From contig CAXXKT010000003.1 of the NCBI GenBank assembly GCA_963662405.2, positions 352,001-416,000 of the forward strand: 64,000 bases of DNA, given 5' to 3'. Below, piece by piece: positions 38,776-49,714 of the stretch (position 1 is the stretch's first letter; every line of letters begins with the position of its first letter). The notes beneath the pieces are model-generated. The model was not told where the DNA came from, ran no database searches, and was given only the letters and a program-made list of their open reading frames with translations. The position numbers and the translations under genes are program-made. This DNA comes from Syntrophales bacterium (lineage in GTDB: Bacteria > Desulfobacterota > Syntrophia > Syntrophales > UBA2210).

Positions 38776-39672
38776 ATGCGGGAGAGCGAATCGCGTATGC
38801 GCGCCATTACCGACTCCGCCCAGGACGCTATCCTCATGATGGATCCTGAAGGTAGGATATCCTATTGGAACCCTGCCGCTGAGCGTATTCTCGGCTACAC
38901 GAGCGCCGAAACCATTGGCAAAAAACTACACGCATTAATTGCGCCCCAGCGTTATCACGAAGCGCACCATGCCGCCTTCCCACTGTTTCAGCAGAAAGGA
39001 CAGGGGGCCGCCGTGGGTAAAACACTCGATCTGGAGGCCATCCGGAAAGGCGGGAAGGAAATCTCGGTACAGCTTTCGCTTTCGGCGATACATATGAAGG
39101 GCGCCTGGCATGCCGTAGGGGTTCTCCGTGACATCACCGAGCAAAAACAGGCGGAAGAGAAGATCCAGCAGATGGCCTACCATGATTTCCTGACGGGCCT
39201 TCCCAACCGGAAGCTATTCTCCGATCGCCTGGGTATTACCTTGACCCAGGCCCACAGGAATAAAAAAGAGGTAGGAATCGCCATGCTCGATCTCGACAAT
39301 TTTAAGGACGTAAACGACACCCTGGGCCATGATGTGGGTGATCTCCTTCTCAAGGCAGCGGCAGAGCGGCTAAGCGTAACGTTGAGGGAGGGTGATACCG
39401 TCGCGCGCTTCGGTGGCGACGAGTTTGTGTTGATCCTTCCTGAACTGAAGGCTCCAGGAGATGCGATCTATGTTGCACAGAAGATTGTTGACAGTTTTCG
39501 TAAGCCCTTCCTTATTGACACCCATCAACTCGTTGTGACAACGAGTATCGGCATCGCCGTCTATCCCGATGATGGAACAGATGAAGATACCCTCATGAGA
39601 AATGCCGATATCGCCATGTATCAGGCAAAGCAAGCGGGGCGGGACCGATACCAACTCTATGAGAAGGCATGA
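38776..39672 (+). CDS. PAS-GGDEF diguanylate cyclase, probably N-terminally truncated
   Basis: PAS/PAC, DFLTGLPNR, NDTLGHDVGD, REGD I-site, RFGGDEF; in-frame DITQRKQAEEA relic precedes the ATG. Confidence 0.88.
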   Translation: MRESESRMRAITDSAQDAILMMDPEGRISYWNPAAERILGYTSAETIGKKLHALIAPQRYHEAHHAAFPLFQQKGQGAAVGKTLDLEAIRKGGKEISVQLSLSAIHMKGAWHAVGVLRDITEQKQAEEKIQQMAYHDFLTGLPNRKLFSDRLGITLTQAHRNKKEVGIAMLDLDNFKDVNDTLGHDVGDLLLKAAAERLSVTLREGDTVARFGGDEFVLILPELKAPGDAIYVAQKIVDSFRKPFLIDTHQLVVTTSIGIAVYPDDGTDEDTLMRNADIAMYQAKQAGRDRYQLYEKA

Positions 39673-40047
39673 CGATGCAGTACTATTGCAGTAGCTGTTC
39701 AAAGATTTTCAACTCGAATAGTCCTGATTTAACGGGGTTAAAACCGCCCCTACCCCTACGCCATACAGTACAAGGCAGATTAATATTTGATACCTGAGTT
39801 GCTGTGCTGCAAGTTACTTCCCACAATAATCCCGATACTCAGGGATAAAACAGATTTTCACAAAGCATTGGTACTTGAGATATTTATTCTGATTATATAG
39901 TATATACAAAGTATTTTTGCATGACCCAAAGACCATTCTTGCTCAACTGAATAGAACTATCCTGACTGGAGGCTCCCATCGGGCGAGCCTGAAACTCAGC
40001 GACACGCTCACAGACATGATTCAAAAGGATTTTCAAAGGAGCGAGCG

Positions 40048-42816
40048 ATGAAAAAGCAAGAAATACCCAAAAACCCACAGGCCAAAACCGGCAATAATGT
40101 CCGTAAAAAAACACCTCCTCCGCAATCGGATGACTCTCTCGGCGCTCTTCACCACTTCCCCATTGTGGGTATCGGCGCTTCCGCCGGCGGGCTTGAGGCC
40201 CTGGAAGTGTTCCTGAGAAACGTGCCGGTGAAGAGCGGCATGGCCTTTGCCATCGTCCAGCACCTGGACCCGACACGCAAGGGCATCATGGCGGAGCTGC
40301 TTCAGCGCTCCACCCCCATGCCGGTGGTTCAGATCAGGGATCGAATGAAGGTCGAGCCGGATCACGTCTATGTCATCCCCCCCAACCGGGACCTGTCCAT
40401 CCTGCACGGGATTCTGCACCTCCTCGAACCAACGACGCCCCGAGGTCTCCGTCTGCCCATCGATTTCTTTTTCCGTTCCCTGGCGGATGACCTGCTGGAC
40501 AAAAGCATCGGCGTCATCCTTTCGGGCATGGGCTCCGACGGCACGCTGGGTCTCCGGGCCATGAAGGAAAAGGCCGGGGTGGTTTTTGTTCAGGAACCGG
40601 CCTCGGCCAAGTTCGACGGCATGCCCCGAAGCGCCATTGACGCGGGACTGGCCGACGTCGTCGCCCCGGTGGAGGAACTACCCGGCAGGATCATTGCCTA
40701 TCTCAATCACATGCCCCTCAGAGCCGCCCGGACTGACCAGCCCCTGGAGGGTAAAACCCAGAGCGCCCTGGAGAAGGTCTTGATCCTCCTCCGAACACAG
40801 ACCGGACATGATTTCTCTCTGTACAAGAAAAGCACCGTTTACCGCCGGATCGAGAGGCGCATAGGCCTCCACCAAGTGGACGGAATCGCGACCTACGTCC
40901 GGTATCTGCGGGAGAATCCCCAGGAAGCGGAACTCCTCTTCAAGGAGCTTCTGATCGGCGTGACCAGATTTTTCCGTGATCCGGAGGCGTGGGAGTACCT
41001 TAAGGGGAAGATTATTCCGCAGCTTCTGGCGGCCCTCCCCGCCGGCGGGGTAATTCGTGCCTGGACGCCCGGTTGCTCCACCGGTGAGGAGGCCTATTCC
41101 CTTGCCATTATCTTTAAGGAGGCGCTGGAACAGGTAAAGCCGGCCGGCAGCTTTTCCCTCCAGATCTTTGCCACCGACCTGGATAAGGACGCCATCGACA
41201 AGGCCCGCAGGGGCATCTATCCGGCCAACATTACGGCCGACGTCTCGATGGAGCGGCTGCGCCGTTTCTTCATTCAGGAAGAGAGAGGCTACCAGGTGGG
41301 AAAGGAGATCCGTGAGATGGTGATCTTAGCCTCCCAGAATGTCATTATGGACCCGCCCTTTACGAAACTCGACATCCTGGTCTGCCGGAACCTCATGATT
41401 TATCTGTCCATGGAACTCCAGAAAAAGCTCCTGCCGCTCTTTCACTACAGCCTGAACCCAAGCGGCATTCTGTTTCTCGGGAGCGCTGAGACCATCGGCA
41501 CCTTTACCGATCTTTTCAGCCCGCTGGATCGCAAGGCGCGGCTCTACCGCAGGCTCGATTACGCCATTGGTACCGAGCCGGTTGAGTTCCCCCCCTCTTT
41601 TTTCCCCGCTGTAGCCGCGACGCCCGGACAGGTCACAGCTCCCAAGCCGGTTCCCAACCTGCAGACGCTGGCTGATCAACTGCTCCTCTCTCACTATACC
41701 CCGGCTGCCGTGCTGACGAGCGACAAGGGCGACATCCTCTACGTCAGCGGGCGGACGGGGAAATATCTTGAGCCGGCGGCCGGCAAGGCCAACTGGAACA
41801 TCTTCGCCATGGCCCGCGAAGAGATGAGCTACGATCTGACGGGCGCCTTCCAGAAGGCGCTCCGTCAGCAGGATGCCGTCACTCTGAAGGGCGTGCAGGT
41901 AAGGAACAACGGCGGGGTGCAGGCGGTGGACGTCACCCTTCAGCACATCACCACGCCGGAGGCCCTTCGAGGGACGGTCATGATCGTTTTCAAGGACGTG
42001 GCCGCTCCTCCCGAAAGGATGGCGACGGGCAAGCCCGTCAGGGCTTCATCACGCAGTACCCGGGTGGCGGAGCTGGAACTGGAGCTTGAGCAGGTTCGGC
42101 ATGAGTTGCAGACCACCCGCGAAGATATGCAGACCTCCCGCGAGGAACTCAAGTCCGCCAACGAGGAACTGCAGAGCACCAATGAAGAGTTGCAGAGCAC
42201 CAACGAGGAGCTGACCACCTCCAAGGAAGAGATGCAGTCCATGAACGAAGAGCTGCAGACGGTCAACAACGAGTTGCAGGCCAAAGTGGACGAATTGTCC
42301 CTGGCCGGCAACGACATGAAAAACCTCCTCGACAGCACGGACATCGCCACCCTGTTTCTGGACGAATCACTCAACGTGCGGCGCTTTACCAGCCGGACGT
42401 CTCAGATCATCAATCTGATCCCCGGCGACATTGGGCGGCCTATCACCGACATTGCCTCTGATATGATCTATGACGAACTGGCCGGGGATGCGAGGGAGGT
42501 GCTCCGGTCCCTGGTCTCCATAGAAAAGCCGGTCGGCGGCGACGGGCGCTGGTTTCTGGTCCGCATCATGCCCTACCGCACCCTGGATAACCGTATTGAC
42601 GGCGTGGTGATCACCTTTACGGACATCACCGTTTCCAAAAAGCTGGAGGCGCAACTGCGCAAAACACAGGCCGCTCTGGAAAAACGGATCGTGGAACAGA
42701 ATGCTGACCTGGAGGAGCGGTCCGAAGATCGTTTCCGTGCGGAAGGAAAACGCGGACAAAGCGCGAAGACCGCCGGAGCAGCCCGGTCACGGCAAAAGAA
42801 AGGGGAAACGCCATGA
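40048..42816 (+). CDS. CheB methylesterase-CheR methyltransferase-PAS fusion
   Basis: GIGASAGG, VQH, LSGMGSDG; GVTRFFRD, GCSTGEEAYS, ATD, CRNLMIY; NEELQS repeats. Confidence 0.95.
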   Translation: MKKQEIPKNPQAKTGNNVRKKTPPPQSDDSLGALHHFPIVGIGASAGGLEALEVFLRNVPVKSGMAFAIVQHLDPTRKGIMAELLQRSTPMPVVQIRDRMKVEPDHVYVIPPNRDLSILHGILHLLEPTTPRGLRLPIDFFFRSLADDLLDKSIGVILSGMGSDGTLGLRAMKEKAGVVFVQEPASAKFDGMPRSAIDAGLADVVAPVEELPGRIIAYLNHMPLRAARTDQPLEGKTQSALEKVLILLRTQTGHDFSLYKKSTVYRRIERRIGLHQVDGIATYVRYLRENPQEAELLFKELLIGVTRFFRDPEAWEYLKGKIIPQLLAALPAGGVIRAWTPGCSTGEEAYSLAIIFKEALEQVKPAGSFSLQIFATDLDKDAIDKARRGIYPANITADVSMERLRRFFIQEERGYQVGKEIREMVILASQNVIMDPPFTKLDILVCRNLMIYLSMELQKKLLPLFHYSLNPSGILFLGSAETIGTFTDLFSPLDRKARLYRRLDYAIGTEPVEFPPSFFPAVAATPGQVTAPKPVPNLQTLADQLLLSHYTPAAVLTSDKGDILYVSGRTGKYLEPAAGKANWNIFAMAREEMSYDLTGAFQKALRQQDAVTLKGVQVRNNGGVQAVDVTLQHITTPEALRGTVMIVFKDVAAPPERMATGKPVRASSRSTRVAELELELEQVRHELQTTREDMQTSREELKSANEELQSTNEELQSTNEELTTSKEEMQSMNEELQTVNNELQAKVDELSLAGNDMKNLLDSTDIATLFLDESLNVRRFTSRTSQIINLIPGDIGRPITDIASDMIYDELAGDAREVLRSLVSIEKPVGGDGRWFLVRIMPYRTLDNRIDGVVITFTDITVSKKLEAQLRKTQAALEKRIVEQNADLEERSEDRFRAEGKRGQSAKTAGAARSRQKKGETP

Positions 42817-44630
42817 AAAAAAACCCTGTCCCTCCGGCGGATGCCGCACGGTTGCGCCGCCTGGCGGAAGAGCGGCTGAAAAAAAATCAGCGACTTGGGG
42901 CCGGGAAATATGCGACACCTCTTTCGGCGGATAAAACACAACGGCTCTTCCAGGAACTGCAGATCCACCAGATCGAGCTTGAGATGCAGAATGAGGAGCT
43001 GCGTCTCGCACAGAGAGACCTTGAAGCTTCACGGGCGCGGTATTTCGACCTCTATGACCTGGCGCCGGTGGGCTATTTTACTATCAGCGAGGCGGGGCTT
43101 ACCCTGGAGGCCAATCTCACCGCCGCTACCATGTTGAGCCTGGCGAGAGGAGCCATGCTCAATCAGCCGTTGACACGCTTGATCCTCCCCGAGGACCGGG
43201 ACATCTGCTCCCAGTGCCTTAAATTGCTTTTTAAAACGGGCGCGCCGCAGATGTGCGAACTGCGGATGGTGAAAAAAGACTCTGCACCCTTCTGGGCGCA
43301 GATGGAGACTCGCTTGGGGCAGAACGCCGAGGACGCTCCCATATGCCGCGTTGCAGTGAGTGATATCACCGTCCGCAAGCGTGTGGAGGCGGAGCTGCAA
43401 CAGTTGAACGATGAACTGGAACATCGTGTGAGAGAGCGGACTGAGGAATTGATGCGGGCCAACGAGGAACTGCGGATGGATATCATCAACCGCAAGCGGA
43501 TGGAGAAGATATTGTACCGAACGGAAGAGAACTTCCGCAGTTCTCAGGAAAACTCGCCTCTGGGTATACGCATCATGACCGAAGAAGGCGAGACCATTTA
43601 TGCCAATCGGGCTATTCTGGATATCCATGGGTACGACAGCATCGATGAACTGAAAGCAACACCTGTCATAAAACGCTATACTCCGGAGAGTTTTGCCGAG
43701 GTCCAGATACGAAGGGGAAAAAGAAAACGAGGTGAAAATGGGCCGGGTGAATACGAAATTCGCATCGTACGGAAAGACGGTGCAATCCGCCATCTCCAGG
43801 TCTTCCGCAAAGAAGTGCTCTGGGATGGTGAAAGACAGTTTCAGGTAACCTGCCAGGACATCACCGAGCGCAAGCGGGCGGAAAAGGAAGTTGCCAAAAC
43901 CTTGCACCAATTGCAGGAAACAAGAGACATGCTGATCCAGTCCGAAAAACACGCGGCTGTCGGGCGCCTGGCAGCCGGTGTCGCCCATGAAATTCTCAAT
44001 CCTGTGAGCATCATCTCCTCACGACTTCAATTTCTGGAAGAACAAAATCTTTCGGATCAGGCCCTGGAAAACGTGAGAGTCAGCCGGGAACAGCTTCAGA
44101 GAATTGTCAAGATCAGCCATGATTTGTTTCAATCCTCAGCTAAAAAGACAAGGGCGCTTGTTGGCGGCGACCTCCGCAGAGTCATCGAAGTGGGTCTGCA
44201 AATGACGGAGCGCAGGAGGAAAGAGGATAATGTCCAGACCGAATACAATCCCCTGCCGGAGACCATCCCCGTCAAAATGGAAACGGACAGCATGGTGAAG
44301 GTTGTCGTTCATCTTATCCTCAACGCCTGTGATGCGATGACAGGGAACAATTCGAAACGACTGATTGTTGCCACACATCATCCGGAAGTTGTTTCGACGA
44401 AACCATCCGTCCGTCTGATTTTCGCCGACAACGGTCACGGTATCCCTGCGGGAGATTTTAACAAGATTTTCGATCCGTTCTTTACCACCAAAGCCCCAGG
44501 CAAAGGGACGGGACTGGGTCTGTCTGTCTGCAATGGAATCATCCAGGAACACGGAGGCACGATTCGAGCGGAAAGCAATGACGTAGGGGGGGCATCCTTT
44601 GTCGTGGAATTGCCTCTTTTCTATCCATGA
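42813..44630 (+). CDS. PAS-domain sensor histidine kinase
   Basis: Two PAS domains, AHEILNP H-box, NACDA, DNGHGI, FDPFFTTK, GTGLGL. Confidence 0.95.
   Translation: MKKNPVPPADAARLRRLAEERLKKNQRLGAGKYATPLSADKTQRLFQELQIHQIELEMQNEELRLAQRDLEASRARYFDLYDLAPVGYFTISEAGLTLEANLTAATMLSLARGAMLNQPLTRLILPEDRDICSQCLKLLFKTGAPQMCELRMVKKDSAPFWAQMETRLGQNAEDAPICRVAVSDITVRKRVEAELQQLNDELEHRVRERTEELMRANEELRMDIINRKRMEKILYRTEENFRSSQENSPLGIRIMTEEGETIYANRAILDIHGYDSIDELKATPVIKRYTPESFAEVQIRRGKRKRGENGPGEYEIRIVRKDGAIRHLQVFRKEVLWDGERQFQVTCQDITERKRAEKEVAKTLHQLQETRDMLIQSEKHAAVGRLAAGVAHEILNPVSIISSRLQFLEEQNLSDQALENVRVSREQLQRIVKISHDLFQSSAKKTRALVGGDLRRVIEVGLQMTERRRKEDNVQTEYNPLPETIPVKMETDSMVKVVVHLILNACDAMTGNNSKRLIVATHHPEVVSTKPSVRLIFADNGHGIPAGDFNKIFDPFFTTKAPGKGTGLGLSVCNGIIQEHGGTIRAESNDVGGASFVVELPLFYP
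42971..43075 (+). repeat. 105-bp direct repeat, copy 1 (copy 2 at 62418-62522)
   Basis: GATCGAGCTTGAGATGCAG...GCGCCGGTGGGCTA, one mismatch seen between copies. Confidence 0.9.
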
Positions 44631-44638
44631 AGTTATAG

Positions 44639-44654
44639 AGGCACGATTCATGCA
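44639..44654 (+). promoter_or_regulatory. Putative sigma54 -24/-12 promoter
   Basis: AGGCAC-GATTC-ATGCA, correct GG-N10-GC spacing, upstream of the regulator/hsp20/cdc48 run. Confidence 0.5.
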
Positions 44655-44826
44655 ATTTAGTGGGAAGTCATCATGACTGCGTTAAGGGAAAAACCGGCGG
44701 TAAGTGACGGTATACGGAAGATAATCATGCTGATGCGGTTTTGAATAATCTTGACTTACCGGAATTGATTCCATACAATTGAGGAACTGCTTCCCTGGAA
44801 ATTATCCCATATTGGGAGGATGCCCC

Positions 44827-45462
44827 GTGGAGAAAGCCATAGCATCAAGAACCCTCCTACACATTCCCATCGTCCACAGCCAGTCGGATATGGGCACTCT
44901 GAGTGAGTCTTTCCGCAAGATCACCCTGCAAAAGCTCGGCGCGCGGGTCTGGCATCAGAAAGTAAATCTGGTCGATCGTTTCTGGACCATGGTTGAAGAT
45001 GCCCTGAACAGCCTTTCTATTGTCTATGAACAGACCCGCCTGTATCAGGATGGCGTCCCTGTCTGTGGCAAAGAATTGGACATTGTCAAGGAGCTGGCAA
45101 AGAAGGGCAGTCTGAATCACCAACTTCTGGTTCGCCTCATCGAAAAGGGCGCAACCATCATGGGAACGGAATCTCCGGACTTGCTGATTGAAGAATACCA
45201 GCTCACCCATCTCATTCTTGAATCCGGAGATCTAAAAGAAGCGATTCGAATGGAAGACAAGCAGAAGGCAGCCAGCAACCTCTTGCTTACCAAACGGGAT
45301 GCATTTATTGCCGCGAGAATCGATCATACCCTTTCATCCGGAGAGACAGGCATCCTGTTTCTGGGCATGCTGCACAACATAGCCGGTCTGCTGCCGGCGG
45401 ATATAACGATATCTTATCCCATAACCCGTACCTTTGATAAAAAGGAAAATCAATATGGCTGA
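44827..45462 (+). CDS. Hypothetical protein
   Basis: GGGAGG RBS, GTG start; IPIVH, YQDG, GTES, RDAFIA, FLGMLH. Confidence 0.75.
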   Translation: MEKAIASRTLLHIPIVHSQSDMGTLSESFRKITLQKLGARVWHQKVNLVDRFWTMVEDALNSLSIVYEQTRLYQDGVPVCGKELDIVKELAKKGSLNHQLLVRLIEKGATIMGTESPDLLIEEYQLTHLILESGDLKEAIRMEDKQKAASNLLLTKRDAFIAARIDHTLSSGETGILFLGMLHNIAGLLPADITISYPITRTFDKKENQYG

Positions 45463-46876
45463 GCATACTCCCTGCGTCCTTGTCGTCGATGATGAAAAAG
45501 AAATCCGGAAGATCCTGAGCAACATCCTGGAAAAAGAAGGTCTCAAGGTCATCACTGCATCCGATGCTAAACAGGCCATGGAGAAAATCTGTTTTGACAC
45601 CCCGGACGCCGTGCTGCTGGATATACGCATGCCGGGCCAGAGCGGCATGGATGTCCTCAAAACAATCAGGGCGATAGATGACTATCTTCCGGTAGTACTG
45701 ATTACGGCCTATGCGAATACCCATCAAGCCGTAGAAGCGATGAAGGAAGGGGCCTACGATTATCTTGCCAAACCTTTCGACAACAAAGAGGTCGTCTGGA
45801 TTACCTGCCGCGCTCTGGCGGAAGGGAAATTACGAAAAAATCTCAAATCCGTAAATGATCGTAATAAAGGAAACTTCAGTCTTATCGAGAGTATGGGACC
45901 AAGCGACAGCATTGGCTACCTCGCGGCCGATGTTCACCGGGTTGCAAAGTCGGACTTTTCCGTGATCATCATGGGCGAAACGGGTTCAGGCAAGGAACTT
46001 GTCGCGAGGGCGATTCACGGGGACAGTGCCCGGGCGGGAGCTCCCTTTATGCCGGTGGATTGCGGGGCCATCCCTGAGAACCTCCTGGAGAGCGAACTGT
46101 TTGGTCATGAGAAGGGATCATTTACCGGGGCGGACCGTCAAAAGGCGGGCAAGCTCGAATTGGCCCATGGCGGCACCCTTTTCTTGGATGAGATCGGGAA
46201 CATGCCGCTCGGCTCCCAGGCAAAAGTACTCCGGGTCACCCAGGAACGGAAGCTCTATCGGGTGGGAGGAAACAATCCCATACCGGTTGATGTCCGGCTC
46301 ATTGTGGCCACCAACCAGGACCTGCTTGACATGGCGTCAAACGGTACATTCAGAAAAGATCTCTATTACCGCCTGAGTGAATTTACCATCTGTGTGCCGC
46401 CCCTCCGAGAGCGCAAAGACGATATCCCCTATCTTGCCAAACGTTTTCTGGATATGGCCAACATCGAGCTGAACAAGATGATCGCCGGCTTTACCGACGC
46501 AACGGTAGAGGCGTTGATGGAGTACAATTGGCCGGGGAATGTCCGCCAGATCCGGTCGGTTATCAGGCGGGCCACTTTGGTAGCGAAAGACGAGATCACT
46601 GAAAAGGATCTCGGCATCACACGGTCTGAGGTGCCCGGACTTGCCTTTTCCCCGAGGATTCAGGGAATTCCCTGGAAAAACGCATCTCTTCGCGAGATTG
46701 TCCAGCAGAGCGTTGTTGCCGTGGAGAAGGCGGTACTGAAGGAAGTCCTGCGCTTCACGGGCGGAAACAAGGCCAGGGCGGCAAGATTGCTGCAGGTGGA
46801 TTATAAAACTGTCCATACGAAGGTAAAAAAATTCGGCATCCAACAGAATGGAGAAAGCCATGGCGACAAAGCGTAA
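45455..46876 (+). CDS. NtrC-family sigma54-dependent response regulator
   Basis: REC domain, GETGSGKE, ESELFGHEKGSFTGA, LFLDEIG, WPGNVR, Fis-type HTH. Confidence 0.95.
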   Translation: MAEHTPCVLVVDDEKEIRKILSNILEKEGLKVITASDAKQAMEKICFDTPDAVLLDIRMPGQSGMDVLKTIRAIDDYLPVVLITAYANTHQAVEAMKEGAYDYLAKPFDNKEVVWITCRALAEGKLRKNLKSVNDRNKGNFSLIESMGPSDSIGYLAADVHRVAKSDFSVIIMGETGSGKELVARAIHGDSARAGAPFMPVDCGAIPENLLESELFGHEKGSFTGADRQKAGKLELAHGGTLFLDEIGNMPLGSQAKVLRVTQERKLYRVGGNNPIPVDVRLIVATNQDLLDMASNGTFRKDLYYRLSEFTICVPPLRERKDDIPYLAKRFLDMANIELNKMIAGFTDATVEALMEYNWPGNVRQIRSVIRRATLVAKDEITEKDLGITRSEVPGLAFSPRIQGIPWKNASLREIVQQSVVAVEKAVLKEVLRFTGGNKARAARLLQVDYKTVHTKVKKFGIQQNGESHGDKA

Positions 46877-47558
46877 GTCAGCCGGCAAGAAGCCGGACGA
46901 AGGTTTGGGAGATCTCGGGGGAGGCATTTTCAGCAGTTTGTCGGGCTTTATAAATAATTTAGGAGAACTGGCCGAAGCGGGAGAACGCCTTTCTCGGCGC
47001 CGTGCGGCAAAGCAGGACCGTGGGGACAAAGTGGACGCCGGAAACCGGGAGCCGACGGAAGGCGAGAATCGTTTCGGTCGCATACTGAGCGGTCTGACCG
47101 ACATTGCCGAAAAACTCAGCGAGATCTCGGAGAAAGGGGAAACCGTCACTAAAAAGGGGGAATTCACGGTCCCGTCCAAAGAAGGCGGTGTCAAGGGAGT
47201 CTACGGTTTCAGCCTGAAAACAGGCCTCGGCGGGAAGGATGATGCCATCAAAGTGGAGCCCTTCGGCAATATCCGCAAGGACAAAAAAACCGGCGAAGCG
47301 GTGGTTCAGGAGATCCATGAACCCCTCATTGATGTCTTCGAAGACGAGAACGCAACGACTCTGATCGCGGAAATGCCCGGTGTGGGGCCGGATGATATAA
47401 AAATCGATGTCCGGGATGATGTCCTGACGATTTCAGCCGACAAGGGGGAGAAGAAATACCGGAAAGAAATCCTCCTGCGTCATTCCCCCGCCAAAGACAG
47501 GATCAAGGTGACTTGCAACAACGGTATTGTGACCATCCGCTGTGAAAAAACGGGATAA
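46860..47558 (+). CDS. Hsp20/GvpH-like small heat-shock protein (archaeal-type N-terminus)
   Basis: VYGFS, EPFGNI, EPLIDVF, AEMPGV, NNGIVTI. Confidence 0.8.
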   Translation: MATKRKSAGKKPDEGLGDLGGGIFSSLSGFINNLGELAEAGERLSRRRAAKQDRGDKVDAGNREPTEGENRFGRILSGLTDIAEKLSEISEKGETVTKKGEFTVPSKEGGVKGVYGFSLKTGLGGKDDAIKVEPFGNIRKDKKTGEAVVQEIHEPLIDVFEDENATTLIAEMPGVGPDDIKIDVRDDVLTISADKGEKKYRKEILLRHSPAKDRIKVTCNNGIVTIRCEKTG

Positions 47559-47575
47559 ACAACAGGTGAGAATCC

Positions 47576-49714
47576 ATGAAAGAGAATGAAAAACCGTTTA
47601 TCAAGCTGAAGGTGACGGAAGCCCTGACCAAGGATGTCGGTCGCGCCCTCGCCAGGATGGGGCCGGAAGACCTCGAACGACTTCAAGCCGCCGTCGGAGA
47701 TACGGTGGAAGTCGAGGGAAAACGCAAGGCCCTCTGCAAGGTCATGCCTGCCTATCAGGAAATCCGTGGTCAATTGCGGGTCCAACTCGACGGCCTGACC
47801 AGAGAGAACGCCGGTGTCGGTCTCGATGAAACGGTGAAAATCAGCAAGATGACCTGCCGTCCGGCGGAACGGATCACCCTGACACCGACCAATGTCACCC
47901 CGGCGGAGCGGGATCTGCAATACATCGGGAGTCTTCTGGACGGTCTGCCGGTCATGGAGGGGGCAAAGATCCAAGCAGCCCTCTTCGGTAGCCGCGCCGC
48001 CTTCTTCAAGGTCGAAGCCGTGACGCCCAAAGGGCCGGTTATCATCAATCCGGCCACCATCCTCGTCATCGGCAAGTCCCAGGGAGAAGGAGCAGAGGGC
48101 GGCCGAACCCTCGCCTATGAAGACATCGGAGGCCTGAAATCCCAGCTCCTGCGGATCCGGGAGATGATCGAACTGCCCCTGCGTTATCCCGAGGTTTTTG
48201 AACGCCTCGGGATCGAAGCGCCTAAGGGCGTCCTCCTCTACGGCCCTCCCGGCTGCGGGAAGACCCTCATCGCCAGGGCCATCGCCCACGAGACGGAGGC
48301 CAGTTTCTTTTCCGTCAGCGGACCGGAGATCATCCACAAGTTTTACGGCGAGAGCGAGGCCCATCTCCGAAAAATCTTCGAAGAGGCGTCCCGGAAGGGA
48401 CCGAGCATCCTGTTCCTCGACGAGATCGACGCCATCGCCCCCCGCAGGGAAAACGTCGTAGGGGATGTGGAAAAGCGGGTTGTCGCCCAGCTTCTCGCCC
48501 TGATGGACGGCCTTAACAAAAGGCAGAACGTGATTGTCATTGCCGCTACTAACATCCCCAATGCCCTCGACCCGGCCCTGCGGCGTCCGGGCCGGTTCGA
48601 CCGGGAGATCGTCATTCCGATCCCGGACCGGCGCGGCCGTCTAGAGATCCTTGAGATTCACAGTCAGGGGATGCCCCTGGCGGAAGACGTCCGAATGGAG
48701 TATCTTGCAGAAATCACGCATGGTTTTGTCGGCGCGGACCTGGAGGCCCTTTGCCGGGAAGCGGCCATGAGTTGTCTGCGCCAGATCATGGGGGAGATCG
48801 ATTTCGGCCAAACGGGGATTCCTTACGAAACCCTCTCGAAACTCGAGGTGCGCATGGAGGATTTTCTGGCTGCCCTCCGTGAGATTGAGCCCTCCGCCAT
48901 CCGGGAGGTGTTTGTCGAATCCCCCAATATCCACTGGGACGACGTGGGAGGAATGTCTTCCCTGAAGGAGCGCCTGATCGAGGCCGTGGAATGGCCCCTG
49001 AAGTTTCCCCACCTTTTTGAAAAAGGAGGCGTGACGCCGCCCAAGGGGATTCTCCTGGTCGGCCCTCCGGGATGCGGAAAAACCATGATGGCCAAGGCGA
49101 TTGCCACTGAGAGTCAGGTGAATTTCATCTCGGTTAAAGGGCCCGCCCTGATGTCGAAATGGGTCGGAGAATCTGAGAAGGGTATCCGGGAAATCTTTCA
49201 GAAGGCAAGGCAGGCGGCACCCTGCATCATCTTTTTCGACGAAATTGACTCTCTCGTACCGACCCGGAGCGCCGGGGCGTCGGATTCCCATGTCTCCGAA
49301 CGGATCCTCAGTCAGTTTCTTGCAGAGTTTGACGGCATCGACGAACTCAGAGGGGTCCTCGTTCTGGGGGCGACCAACCGCCTGGATATCCTGGATGCCG
49401 CGGTTCTCAGACCGGGCCGCTTCGACGATATCGTGGAAATGATAATGCCCAGCCGGGAAGACCGGGTGGAGATCTTTGACGTCCATTTTCGTCGGAAACC
49501 TCTGGCGGAGGATGTTCACAGTACGGAACTGGCGGAACGGACAGAGGGGTTCAGCGGGGCCGACATTGCAGCTGTCGTGCGGAAAGCTGCCATGATTGCG
49601 GTGCGCCGCGCTGTTTCGTCCATGGAGAAGGCCGGGGCCGGGGAACCTGACATCCTCATCCGGCGCCAGGATTTGGAGGACGCATTGGAAGAAGTCCGCA
49701 GGGGGATGGGATGA
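47576..49714 (+). CDS. CDC48/VCP(VAT)-family double AAA+ ATPase
   Basis: N-domain DVGRALAR; two AAA modules with GPPGCGKT, LDEID/FDEID and LRRPGRFD/LRPGRFD. Confidence 0.95.
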   Translation: MKENEKPFIKLKVTEALTKDVGRALARMGPEDLERLQAAVGDTVEVEGKRKALCKVMPAYQEIRGQLRVQLDGLTRENAGVGLDETVKISKMTCRPAERITLTPTNVTPAERDLQYIGSLLDGLPVMEGAKIQAALFGSRAAFFKVEAVTPKGPVIINPATILVIGKSQGEGAEGGRTLAYEDIGGLKSQLLRIREMIELPLRYPEVFERLGIEAPKGVLLYGPPGCGKTLIARAIAHETEASFFSVSGPEIIHKFYGESEAHLRKIFEEASRKGPSILFLDEIDAIAPRRENVVGDVEKRVVAQLLALMDGLNKRQNVIVIAATNIPNALDPALRRPGRFDREIVIPIPDRRGRLEILEIHSQGMPLAEDVRMEYLAEITHGFVGADLEALCREAAMSCLRQIMGEIDFGQTGIPYETLSKLEVRMEDFLAALREIEPSAIREVFVESPNIHWDDVGGMSSLKERLIEAVEWPLKFPHLFEKGGVTPPKGILLVGPPGCGKTMMAKAIATESQVNFISVKGPALMSKWVGESEKGIREIFQKARQAAPCIIFFDEIDSLVPTRSAGASDSHVSERILSQFLAEFDGIDELRGVLVLGATNRLDILDAAVLRPGRFDDIVEMIMPSREDRVEIFDVHFRRKPLAEDVHSTELAERTEGFSGADIAAVVRKAAMIAVRRAVSSMEKAGAGEPDILIRRQDLEDALEEVRRGMG

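Noticed and set aside
42120..42300. Short tandem DNA repeats encoding NEELQS
   Set aside because: Ordinary heptad coiled coil of CheB/CheR fusion proteins, not an array.
47576..49714. Cdc48 as a partner of the E1/E2/JAB cluster
   Set aside because: It is 25 kb away, coupled to hsp20 and gvpL/F genes, and in a different compositional block; nothing in the sequence links them.
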